From: Candidatus Aenigmatarchaeota archaeon
GTDB taxonomy: Archaea > Aenigmatarchaeota > Aenigmatarchaeia > PWEA01
Reading direction: 5' to 3'
Assembly: GCA_003553905.1 (NCBI GenBank)
Contig: PWEA01000005.1
Location: 7,915-71,914, forward strand
DNA length: 64,000 nucleotides
Shown here: piece after piece, positions 37,988 to 46,301 of the stretch
Layout of the letters: each line of letters opens with the position of its first letter
How positions within the stretch are numbered: position 1 is the stretch's first letter
Made by a program: the position numbers and the translations under genes
The notes under the pieces: generated by a model
The model's input: only the letters and a program-made list of their open reading frames with translations
Told to the model about the DNA's origin: nothing
Databases searched by the model: none

Positions 37988-39286
37988 ATGAAGCCGCTCA
38001 ACGACCAGATAGGAGCTTCAACTCTTATCATGATAATAGCCGGGGTAATAATAATACTCATAGCGGGCAGCTTTGCAACAGTACTGATGAGTCGTATTGC
38101 CCAAGACGTACTTGGACAAAGTGTCATGTGTGATACTTTTTGTTCGATGCAGTCTACTGTTAAAGAAGTGACAACACTGGATATGATACCAAGCCCCGGA
38201 CTTACCGGTACACTTGGTTATATTGCCATAGGGGCTGTAATAGGTTCGGTGGTACCGGGAATAGGAACCGCGATAGGAGCAGCGATAGGAGCAATTGTTG
38301 GAGTTGCTATAGCCGCAGTACAACATTTTGCAAGCTGGCTGGGAAGAGATGATGAAGATGTTGCAAGAGATCTGGCAATAGACTACTTGGTTCGCCCCGA
38401 AGGCATGGGTTGTTACTGTGGCGTGTCCAATGCCAGAGGAAAGTATATACACTTTCTGACACCCGGTCCTAGCTCAACCAGGCCACATGTGGCCGAGTTC
38501 CATCTAACAGACCAAACTCCGGAAAAACATCTCCAAGAAGAGATAATAGATACAGATGGAAACACTATATTCAAACACGGTGGTTATGGCCAAAAAAGTA
38601 ACTGTGAAGATGAACTTAGTAAAATAGATGAACTTGACAACGGTGAATACTTAGTCGAACTCGATATATATCCAGGGTGCATAATACTATCAACGACCGA
38701 TGACAACTGTGCAATATGGGCATTCAATGAAACCTTTGCAATAACCAATGAAGAAGGAAAGTCCATAAGGGAACAGGCTGAAGAACAGGATAAAATAATA
38801 TTCGCTAGCACGATAAGGTCCGATGACCCCGTAAACAGCCTGGGTATCGCAGAAGAGATAGAGGCAAGTGGCAGACACGAGTCCCAGAGGATGCTCCTCG
38901 AGCATTACGAAGAAGGTATACACCCATTCCAAGTTCACGTCCCTGTAGTTTGTAAATCTGAAGAAAGAACTGAAAGGCGTGTCCAGGATCCACTTGACAG
39001 GGCATGTAGAGAACAGTGCCATGACGGAAACGCACTTCTATGGGCTTCTAGGTGTTTCGAAGAACCAGAAGATGCCGGGGAAACCTACTATTCACTGGAA
39101 GAAGATTTTCTTCCAGAAGAATATGATGACACCAGAGACTTATGCCCTATGGAAGACGAAGACAACGGAGATGAAGACGGGGGGGAAGATGAAAACAACA
39201 ACGAAGATCGCGGTTATCCCTTCTGTCTCTGTAACACTCCTCGAAGTTATTCATGGGAACTGGACGAAGAATACGCAGAAATATAA
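37988..39286 (+). CDS. Pilin-like protein with Cys-rich acidic extracellular domain (family 1, paralog A)
   Basis: N-terminal hydrophobic helix. Motifs shared with family-1 paralogs: C.TFCSMQ, GMGCYCGV, YIHF, HLTDQTP, DGNTIF, SQRMLL, VVCKS, CREQC, LCP, PFCLC, SWELDEEY. An extra Gly-zipper hydrophobic segment (GAVIGSVVPGIGTAIGAAIGAIVGVAIAAV) is unique to this copy. Confidence 0.65.
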   Translation: MKPLNDQIGASTLIMIIAGVIIILIAGSFATVLMSRIAQDVLGQSVMCDTFCSMQSTVKEVTTLDMIPSPGLTGTLGYIAIGAVIGSVVPGIGTAIGAAIGAIVGVAIAAVQHFASWLGRDDEDVARDLAIDYLVRPEGMGCYCGVSNARGKYIHFLTPGPSSTRPHVAEFHLTDQTPEKHLQEEIIDTDGNTIFKHGGYGQKSNCEDELSKIDELDNGEYLVELDIYPGCIILSTTDDNCAIWAFNETFAITNEEGKSIREQAEEQDKIIFASTIRSDDPVNSLGIAEEIEASGRHESQRMLLEHYEEGIHPFQVHVPVVCKSEERTERRVQDPLDRACREQCHDGNALLWASRCFEEPEDAGETYYSLEEDFLPEEYDDTRDLCPMEDEDNGDEDGGEDENNNEDRGYPFCLCNTPRSYSWELDEEYAEI

Positions 39287-39307
39287 TATCTTGAATTTGT
39301 GATGTAA

Positions 39308-40408
39308 ATGATTGACGAAAAAGGTGGTTCCTTATTACTCATAATAGTTGTAGGTATAATATTATCCCTGATCGTTGGTTCTTTGATGACCGGTGCATTT
39401 AGTGTGGTGGTGAGAACCGTAATCGGAACCGACCTGTCGTGTCCTACATTCTGTGCAGTTCAAGCAGACATAGAGGAGTATAGCATGGCAGATATAATGC
39501 TACCATCGATTCTACCATTCATAGAGGAAAGCTCTGAGGCAACGGCTCATAAAATAGCAGACTGGATAATACAACCGGAAGGGCTTGGCTGTTACTGCGG
39601 CGTCAAAGCAAGAAGTGGAAGATACATCCACTTCCATACAGGTTCACCTGGAGAAAGGTACATAAGAGAGCTTCACTTGACGGACCAAGATCCACATATA
39701 CATCTAGACTATCATGTCAGTGATTCCGATGGAAACACGTTGTTCGACCACAGCTTCGACAAGAGCAGCTGTGAGGAAGACATAAGTAACATAGAAGAAG
39801 TACAGTACTATCAAACCGTTGGCTGTGTAATCGTGGTTAACTCCGAGGGAGGGTACTGCTCTATACATGTAATAGGAGAAGGTTCAGTTATAGAAAACAA
39901 CATAGGTGAAAGCATACACGATCAGGTTGAAATAAAGGAAACATTGACGACAAACTATGAAGACAACGATCCCATTTCATTTTTTAAAATCGGCGACAGA
40001 TACAGCGTACCTCGATTTGCATACGGGACAGGAGATGTCCTGACCTACACGATAGGAACCCAGCCCTACCAGCACGATTCCCAACGAATGCTCCTCCGGG
40101 ACTACGACGAATACCTAGGAGCTAAGTTCGCTCTCTATGCTCCTGTTGTCTGTAGGGCATCAACAAGAGAAGGACAAGATACTCAGACAGAACTCGATGA
40201 AAAATGTAGAAAGCAATGTAAGGAAGACGATAAGATTTTCTTCTCTTCTGCATGCCAAGATATCCCCAGGGAAGGTTATGACATGCTACGTGACGAATAC
40301 CGCGAAGACACTCTCTGTGAAAAGGATGACGAGGGCCCATACTGCAGATGTGTGCACGAGAAACGATACTACTGGGAGGTAGACGAAGATTATTCGAGAG
40401 AAGAATGA
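39308..40408 (+). CDS. Class III signal-peptide (type IV pilin-like) protein with Cys-rich domain (family 1, paralog B)
   Basis: MIDEKG then GSLLLIIVVGIILSLIVGSL. Shared motifs SCPTFCAVQADIEEYS, GLGCYCGV, YIHF, HLTDQDP, DGNTLF, SQRMLL, VVCRAS, CRKQC, LCEK, PYCRC, YYWEVDEDY. Confidence 0.7.
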   Translation: MIDEKGGSLLLIIVVGIILSLIVGSLMTGAFSVVVRTVIGTDLSCPTFCAVQADIEEYSMADIMLPSILPFIEESSEATAHKIADWIIQPEGLGCYCGVKARSGRYIHFHTGSPGERYIRELHLTDQDPHIHLDYHVSDSDGNTLFDHSFDKSSCEEDISNIEEVQYYQTVGCVIVVNSEGGYCSIHVIGEGSVIENNIGESIHDQVEIKETLTTNYEDNDPISFFKIGDRYSVPRFAYGTGDVLTYTIGTQPYQHDSQRMLLRDYDEYLGAKFALYAPVVCRASTREGQDTQTELDEKCRKQCKEDDKIFFSSACQDIPREGYDMLRDEYREDTLCEKDDEGPYCRCVHEKRYYWEVDEDYSREE

Positions 40409-40447
40409 AAAAGTTAAAAACTAAACGAAAACCTATTAAATGATAAT

Positions 40448-40561
40448 ATGGAAGTAAGTATGTCTGTCTTGCTCTGGGTGATTGTAGCCTTTGCTCTGTT
40501 TGTATTTGTAGTAATATTTACCGGTATGTTTTTCGCCGACACGTTTGGAATTTTAATATAA
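40448..40561 (+). CDS. Possible 37-aa hydrophobic micro-protein
   Basis: MEVSMSVLLWVIVAFALFVFVVIFTGMFFADTFGILI is a single TM helix lying between two pilin genes, below the ORF-track cut-off. Confidence 0.2.
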   Translation: MEVSMSVLLWVIVAFALFVFVVIFTGMFFADTFGILI

Positions 40562-40572
40562 TCAAGGATACT

Positions 40573-41850
40573 ATGATCGATCAAAAGGGAGCATCAGTAA
40601 AGGCACTCTTCGTAATCATAATTGTAATGGTGGGTGCATGGGTTTTAATACAAAGTATTGGTCCTATAACCAAAGCTGCCATGGGAACCGAAGTATCCTG
40701 TCCGCTTTTCTGTGATATACAGTCAGGTATAGAAGACTACTCGAGATGGGCATGGTGGCCGGGGTGGCTTGGAGGAAGTGTAAGCTGGTCCGATATATTC
40801 AAAAATGAACTAAGAAGAAACATGGTAGCACCTAAATCAATGGGATGTTACTGTGGTGTACAGGAAGAAAGAGGAAAGTTTATCCATTTCCAGGGGAGTA
40901 CCAGTAGTATACGCGAATTCCACATGACGAATCAGGATCCATTGGTACATCTTAGCCTTGAGGCCGGTCCATTTGACCACAGGCCTACTTCATCGCAAAT
41001 TCGTAATATGTGTCGATCCATCATAGAAGATTACGGAGAAGAGTTCAGTCCACCTGTATACGATCAAAGCGATCTCAATAGAGTTCAAGCATGCATGATT
41101 GTTTCAGAATCACCGGGTTGTGCAATATGGAGATTTGAAGAGGGTTTTGTCATTAGGAGAGACTCTGATGATTCTATATGGGAACAGGCACAGGAACAGG
41201 GAAAAGACATAGGCTTTTTTTCCTTTAATAGAGACGAAGACCCTGTTTCGGATCTAAGCATAGGTGAAACTGTGTATGTATCGGGATCAAAGGACCCCTC
41301 CCAACGGATGTTACTCCAAAAATACGAAAGCGGCGATCAAGATTTCAATCTCTCTGCATCCGTGGTATGTAAAAGTGTTAGAATGGATGAATCTATGCCC
41401 ACAAACGAACTAGACAGGGCTTGCAACGAATACTGCTCGGATGAAAATCTTTTCTTCATGAATTCTAACTGCCTAGAGGAGAGGAGAGGTGGTTATGATA
41501 TCCTTCCAGAAGAATACATAGAAAATGGGAGGGATAAACTCTGCCCTGAAGGAAGAGAACTTCCCTTCTGTCTCTGTGCAGGAGAAAAGGACTACTACTG
41601 GGAAACATACTGGGAAGATTTCTACACAGTAACGGTAGAAACCCAAGGTAGTGGAAATGTGGACATAAGCCCCGACCTGGACGAGTATCACGAAGATCAG
41701 GAAGTATCATTGGAAGCAGAAGCGTACAACGATTGGGAATTTAGCCATTGGGAAGGAGATCATCCACATGGACAAAAAGAAGATGCAGAGATAACGATCA
41801 CGGTAGATGGAGATATGGAAGTAACTGCAGTATTCGAATCGACATCATAG
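40573..41850 (+). CDS. Class III signal-peptide protein with Cys-rich domain (family 1, paralog C) and C-terminal InlB B-repeat-like domain
   Basis: MIDQKG then ASVKALFVIIIVMVGAWVLI. Shared motifs SCPLFCDIQSGIEDYS, MGCYCGV, FIHF, HMTNQDP, SQRMLL, VVCKS, CNEYC, LCPEG, PFCLC, YYWE. C-terminus YTVTVETQGSGNVDISPDLDEYHEDQEVSLEAEAYNDWEFSHWEGD..ITITVDGDMEVTAVFE fits the divergent InlB B-repeat pattern. Confidence 0.7.
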   Translation: MIDQKGASVKALFVIIIVMVGAWVLIQSIGPITKAAMGTEVSCPLFCDIQSGIEDYSRWAWWPGWLGGSVSWSDIFKNELRRNMVAPKSMGCYCGVQEERGKFIHFQGSTSSIREFHMTNQDPLVHLSLEAGPFDHRPTSSQIRNMCRSIIEDYGEEFSPPVYDQSDLNRVQACMIVSESPGCAIWRFEEGFVIRRDSDDSIWEQAQEQGKDIGFFSFNRDEDPVSDLSIGETVYVSGSKDPSQRMLLQKYESGDQDFNLSASVVCKSVRMDESMPTNELDRACNEYCSDENLFFMNSNCLEERRGGYDILPEEYIENGRDKLCPEGRELPFCLCAGEKDYYWETYWEDFYTVTVETQGSGNVDISPDLDEYHEDQEVSLEAEAYNDWEFSHWEGDHPHGQKEDAEITITVDGDMEVTAVFESTS

Positions 41851-41910
41851 GACAGGTCGTGGATTAAAACTTATAATACGCGGTAAACATACATAATAGG
41901 GAGATGTTCC

Positions 41911-42093
41911 ATGAATACGGATTCAAAAAGCCTCTTTTCCAGAGGTGAAATAAGTATACAGGCCCTGGTAGTGATAATTCTAATGTTGATAGGGATCATA
42001 ATCATTGTTATAATATCATCGGGCGTCGGTGACTTTGGAGGAGATGCGTCTTCGACTATAATGGAATATTTAGCAGATGCTATAGGTGCATAA
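41911..42093 (+). CDS. Short pilin-like protein (60 aa)
   Basis: SLFSRG then EISIQALVVIILMLIGIIIIVI. Almost entirely the signal/helix segment, so a candidate structural pilin. Confidence 0.5.
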   Translation: MNTDSKSLFSRGEISIQALVVIILMLIGIIIIVIISSGVGDFGGDASSTIMEYLADAIGA

Positions 42094-42097
42094 AGTT

Positions 42098-42250
42098 ATG
42101 GTACATAATAAAAAGGGGTTCATAAGTTTCGCTATGATTGTGATCATAGTTCTTATAGCTCTAACGGTCGGTATTCTGCTTATACACACCTTTTGGGGAG
42201 GCGGTGAAGGATTGTTAAACCTACTCATCCAAAGGCTTCAACAGGTATAG
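42098..42250 (+). CDS. Short class III signal-peptide pilin (50 aa, not in ORF track)
   Basis: MVHNKKG then FISFAMIVIIVLIALTVGILLIHTFWGGGEGLLNLLIQRLQQV. Textbook archaeal prepilin N-terminus. ATG at 42098, TAG at 42248..42250. Confidence 0.5.
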   Translation: MVHNKKGFISFAMIVIIVLIALTVGILLIHTFWGGGEGLLNLLIQRLQQV

Positions 42251-42259
42251 GTATAAAAT

Positions 42260-42406
42260 ATGTCTACATTTAGCGACACATTAACTGTTTTCGAAAACAA
42301 TACAAAGATAATATTTGCCTTAGTGGTGTTTGCTCTGCTTATAGGCATACTTTACTACACGATAGGTCCTATAATAGATACATTACTGGGGGCTATAGGT
42401 TATTGA
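42260..42406 (+). CDS. Small membrane protein (48 aa, not in ORF track)
   Basis: MSTFSDTLTVFENNTKIIFALVVFALLIGILYYTIGPIIDTLLGAIGY. Single TM helix, no KG cleavage motif. Confidence 0.35.
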   Translation: MSTFSDTLTVFENNTKIIFALVVFALLIGILYYTIGPIIDTLLGAIGY

Positions 42407-42407
42407 T

Positions 42408-43124
42408 ATGAACGTAATCAACAAAAAAGGTTCAAGATCACAGAGTGAGTTCATATTTCTTGCAATAAAGGCAGTGATAGGTATCTTGGTTATAGGAATT
42501 GTTGCCTTGAGTGTTAGGGGCATGGAAACAGGCTGCAGTACACATGACGAAAATCCAACGGCATGTATAAGAAATACCGAATGCAGGCCTGCAGTTAGAA
42601 GAAAGAGAAACATATTCACGTTCTATATTGATCCTGCTCGTACCATAGACCTAATCTACCATACAAAAATAACCGGTGATATAGAATGCCGAGACGCGAT
42701 AAGGACTCCTAACAACAGATACCACGCCGCAGAGGATGCTCAGTGTGTATGTCCTGTTGGATGGGAAGTAATTTTAGACAAGGATGATCAGTACTACGGA
42801 GTCTGCAGACTACCAGGAACTAACGACTATCACCCATGCGAGTATCCACCAGACGGCGAACAGCAAGAAGCAGAATTCAAAGACATGTGTGAAGATGGAG
42901 ACAGATACCACGGAGAAGTCTGGATCGACGGAACAGATGAGGAAGCTCCAAATATGTGCTGCGATGATGGAGATACAAAGGAATGTGACTCCGATAACAT
43001 AGACGAAGAATGTGGCGATTTGGTTTGTATTGAAATAGAGGTCGAGGACGAAGACGGAGAAGAGGAAGAAACCACTTTCTGGATAGAAGAAGAAAGCGTA
43101 CCTGATATAGAATACTTCCTTTAA
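42408..43124 (+). CDS. Class III signal-peptide protein with Cys-rich acidic domain (family 2, paralog A)
   Basis: MNVINKKG then SRSQSEFIFLAIKAVIGILVIGIVAL. Shared with the next gene: ETGCSTHDENPTACIRNTECRPAV, GDIECRDAIRTPNNRYHAAEDAQCVCPVGWE, YYGVC, YHGEVWIDG..MCCDDGDTKECD. Confidence 0.7.
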   Translation: MNVINKKGSRSQSEFIFLAIKAVIGILVIGIVALSVRGMETGCSTHDENPTACIRNTECRPAVRRKRNIFTFYIDPARTIDLIYHTKITGDIECRDAIRTPNNRYHAAEDAQCVCPVGWEVILDKDDQYYGVCRLPGTNDYHPCEYPPDGEQQEAEFKDMCEDGDRYHGEVWIDGTDEEAPNMCCDDGDTKECDSDNIDEECGDLVCIEIEVEDEDGEEEETTFWIEEESVPDIEYFL

Positions 43125-43151
43125 AATACACAAAATAAAAGATGAAGCGGA

Positions 43152-43802
43152 ATGTTTTCAAAAAAAGGTACTGCTAAATCGCAGGAAGAAACACTTTGGT
43201 TTATAATCAAGATAGCTATAATGTTGATAGGAATGGTAGTTTTGATTGTTTCTTTACTCGAGATGGAGGCAGGCTGCAGTAGACACGATGAAAATCCATC
43301 GGCATGTGTAAGCGATGAAAACTGCAGACCCGCAGTTAAAACATTTGACCTAGGATGGGGTTTATATGGTTTCTCTCAAATCGAAGTAGTGGGTGAGATC
43401 GAATGCCGGGAATCTGTGAGAAAACCCAATACAAGATATCATGCAGCCCAAGATGGAAAATGCGTATGCCCTGGTTTCTGGAACGAAATCATGGACAGGG
43501 ACCATGACTACTTTGGTGTGTGTTATACTGAATATGACGGAGAAGAAATGTACTATCCATGCCAGTACGGCCTGGATGTTCAGGCTGAGGAAATAAAAGA
43601 CAGATGCGATACCGACAACGGTCTTAGAATGCACGGAGAAGTATGGGGCTCCGGTTGGAATGTTCCAGATAGATGCTGCGACGATGGTGAAGTAAAGAAA
43701 TGTGGGATAGATAAAAGAGGTGAAACTTGTGCAGACCATACCTGTAAATCCGGTCCAGCAATGCATGATGTTGTTATAGTCAACTACTATTGGCAGCCAT
43801 AA
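43152..43802 (+). CDS. Class III signal-peptide protein with Cys-rich domain (family 2, paralog B)
   Basis: MFSKKG then TAKSQEETLWFIIKIAIMLIGMVVLIV. EAGCSRHDENPSACVSDENCRPAV, GEIECRESVRKPNTRYHAAQDGKCVCPGFWNE, YFGVC, MHGEVWGSG..RCCDDGEVKKCG. Confidence 0.7.
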   Translation: MFSKKGTAKSQEETLWFIIKIAIMLIGMVVLIVSLLEMEAGCSRHDENPSACVSDENCRPAVKTFDLGWGLYGFSQIEVVGEIECRESVRKPNTRYHAAQDGKCVCPGFWNEIMDRDHDYFGVCYTEYDGEEMYYPCQYGLDVQAEEIKDRCDTDNGLRMHGEVWGSGWNVPDRCCDDGEVKKCGIDKRGETCADHTCKSGPAMHDVVIVNYYWQP

Positions 43803-43847
43803 ACCACATTTACACCTTTCAAAAAGATTTAAACGAACACGACAAAG

Positions 43848-44270
43848 TTGTATATGATGAACACCCCAGCAAAGGGCATAGGCGTAGGAAAGTCTCTTAT
43901 GTTAATATTGATACTGGTAGTACTCATATTTACAACGGTCGTAATAGGTGACATCTTTACATCTGTTCTTGGTATGGGTATAGGAGATGAGTTCCACCTC
44001 ACAATGGGTGAGTTGTCTGTATCCTACACTACATCTAGCTCTTTTCAGGAAAAAACAGAAATAGAAGAAAATCTTCCGATGGCCTGCGAAAGAGTTGTAT
44101 TTAGAAACAACACACTAAAGGCTTATCTAGAACATGATGAATTCTACTTCGTTTCCTACACTACACAGGAAATGGATGAAGATTTCGAGGTAGAATGTGA
44201 TTCCTTTGGTGGGGTGAAGTTTATTGACGGGAGGATTGAAGCCTCTAGCCCGGTTGATGGAACATTGTGA
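43848..44270 (+). CDS. Class III signal-peptide (pilin-like) protein
   Basis: MNTPAKG then IGVGKSLMLILILVVLIFTTVVIG. 140 aa. Confidence 0.6.
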   Translation: MYMMNTPAKGIGVGKSLMLILILVVLIFTTVVIGDIFTSVLGMGIGDEFHLTMGELSVSYTTSSSFQEKTEIEENLPMACERVVFRNNTLKAYLEHDEFYFVSYTTQEMDEDFEVECDSFGGVKFIDGRIEASSPVDGTL

Positions 44271-45169
44271 TTATGATGACAAGGATAGATAACAAAGGAA
44301 CAACCGGAGGAGACTATATATGGTATATACTATTTGTGATAGTAACAATAACCTATCTATATGCCTTTTACGCAATATTCATGGCCGGTTCAACAGTAGA
44401 TGTTGAGGGAATTGAAAGAACTCAAGGAAGACTACAGGGTTCTGCTGCTTATACAAGATTGTTATCATATCCCAACTTCGTCTCGACGGGAGAGATCGGT
44501 GTATTCGATAAATCATCTCTCGATTCGAAGAACGGTACAGAGAAGCTAGAGGAACTCTACAACCCATCACTCTGGATTTATATTGAGATAGAAAACACCG
44601 AAAATGATGATAAGTATATATTCGGTACACCAGGACCAAAGAAGGCAACCGAAGAATGGATAGCTGAGGACGGGTATATGAGTACCTGGGACGATGAAGA
44701 TGAAATGAGCTTTTGGGATCATATGTCCGCCAAATATAGTACAATGGTAAACATAGACACCGGCGACGGCTTCGATCTAGCTAAACTACATTTTTACTTC
44801 CGACAAATACCCGATCCTGTATTGAGCCTGAAAAGGGGTGCCCATATAGCCAAGGAGGAAGGAAGCCATACAGTCACATTGTTTCACCCAACGTCAGGCT
44901 GTAAAATTTATGCACAAGATAGATATGGGAGAGCTCAGTGTTTCGTCCGCGAAGATCCTTTTGTAATAGATACAAGTCAATCTGATAAAATAAAGGACGA
45001 CTTCGGTGAATACATGCATCTGAAAGGCATAGAACTGAAGGCATTCGACGATGATGAGGAAGAGTTCGAGATAGACCCGCCCGGTAGGTTTACAGAAGGA
45101 AAGACGAGGTTAGAACTAGCCCACACCGGCGGCAAAACGGTAGAGTATGAAATAGTCGATAGTTGGTAA
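44267..45169 (+). CDS. Class III signal-peptide (pilin-like) protein
   Basis: MTRIDNKG then TTGGDYIWYILFVIVTITYLYAFYAIFMAG. 300-aa acidic globular domain. 4-nt overlap with the upstream gene. Confidence 0.6.
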   Translation: MIMMTRIDNKGTTGGDYIWYILFVIVTITYLYAFYAIFMAGSTVDVEGIERTQGRLQGSAAYTRLLSYPNFVSTGEIGVFDKSSLDSKNGTEKLEELYNPSLWIYIEIENTENDDKYIFGTPGPKKATEEWIAEDGYMSTWDDEDEMSFWDHMSAKYSTMVNIDTGDGFDLAKLHFYFRQIPDPVLSLKRGAHIAKEEGSHTVTLFHPTSGCKIYAQDRYGRAQCFVREDPFVIDTSQSDKIKDDFGEYMHLKGIELKAFDDDEEEFEIDPPGRFTEGKTRLELAHTGGKTVEYEIVDSW

Positions 45170-45170
45170 A

Positions 45171-45701
45171 ATGAAAAAAAGAATCGGTAAAAAGGGTGGC
45201 TTTATGATCTTGCTAGCTACGCTTATATTCACCGCCGTGTTCTTAATTACTTTGTTTATAGTCGGTCCCTTCGTTGGAGGAGCACAGATGGAAATAGAGG
45301 TAATGTCAGAAGACCCTGCCAGATTCAGTATAGAGAAAAATACGCTTCTAAGAACCAATGAAACAAAAAGAAAACTCATGGCTTTCGGAGAAGGAGACGG
45401 GTCGGTAGACGAATCTATCGCCAAGACAAGCGACAAATTTGGAGAAGCTGATTCGGGCTCTCATATACTGCTTTTCCAGTTCGAAGGGGACGATGACATA
45501 GAAAGGGTGGGTTTCCTTTGTTTAGACGACTGCGGGCATATAAGTGGATATGATGAAGAGTTTAAAGCAATTCTACAAAATTCAAAAGTAATAGCACCTA
45601 GACCCATAATGCTCCCGGAAGGTGGAATGGGATCCTCATATTCGATCTATTATGATCCAGATGAAGTCGCATCAGATATTATGGACGGTGTGATGTACTG
45701 A
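45171..45701 (+). CDS. Class III signal-peptide (pilin-like) protein
   Basis: MKKRIGKKG then GFMILLATLIFTAVFLITLFIVG. 176 aa. Confidence 0.6.
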   Translation: MKKRIGKKGGFMILLATLIFTAVFLITLFIVGPFVGGAQMEIEVMSEDPARFSIEKNTLLRTNETKRKLMAFGEGDGSVDESIAKTSDKFGEADSGSHILLFQFEGDDDIERVGFLCLDDCGHISGYDEEFKAILQNSKVIAPRPIMLPEGGMGSSYSIYYDPDEVASDIMDGVMY

Positions 45702-45708
45702 TGATAAA

Positions 45709-46272
45709 ATGTTAGGAGATAAAGGAATAAAGGTTACGATTGTGGTCTTAGCAGCCGTACTGATAGCCATCTCTCTGGCAACTACAGTAATTGTAGGAGT
45801 ACTATCATACCAAGGTCAGGAGCAGTCCTGGTTCGGGCAGAGTGAAAGAGTTACAGCAAAGGTTCAGTTTGACCATGCTCTGGAAGCTATAGAAGATTCG
45901 TTTTTGTTAGGTATATACTGGGGTATACGGGAATCAGGTAGCGACTGGGAAGACGCAAGTGAATCCCTTGAAGAAGAAATAGAGGAGAAAATAGATGATT
46001 ATCTGACTAAGTTAGAGGGTTTCTACAGAGGCGAATACGATACGCAACCGTTCCGACTCGAAACGATGATACAGATAAATGACGTCGATATAGAAGTAGA
46101 TTTGGATGAGGACGAGGAAACCATAGATAGGGTAGAATTATCAGGTAATCTGACTTCTTACAGGAACCAGCCCTCGATAACAATATCCGATGATTTCTAC
46201 TTCAGTGAAAACTTTAACGAAGACTATTCAGACCTCTATGACATGGCTCGTAATCCATTAGAAAATATGTAA
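45709..46272 (+). CDS. Class III signal-peptide (pilin-like) protein
   Basis: MLGDKG then IKVTIVVLAAVLIAISLATTVIVGV. 187 aa, acidic. Confidence 0.6.
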   Translation: MLGDKGIKVTIVVLAAVLIAISLATTVIVGVLSYQGQEQSWFGQSERVTAKVQFDHALEAIEDSFLLGIYWGIRESGSDWEDASESLEEEIEEKIDDYLTKLEGFYRGEYDTQPFRLETMIQINDVDIEVDLDEDEETIDRVELSGNLTSYRNQPSITISDDFYFSENFNEDYSDLYDMARNPLENM

Positions 46273-46301
46273 ATTTTATAAGAAAGGGGGAGATATTTAA
46301 C

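Noticed and set aside
42810-43161. Minus-strand ORFs (81-107 aa) overlapping the family-2 pilin genes
   Set aside because: Antisense shadows. The products are S/P-rich or F/Y-rich low-complexity, whereas the plus-strand genes have conserved paralogous motifs.
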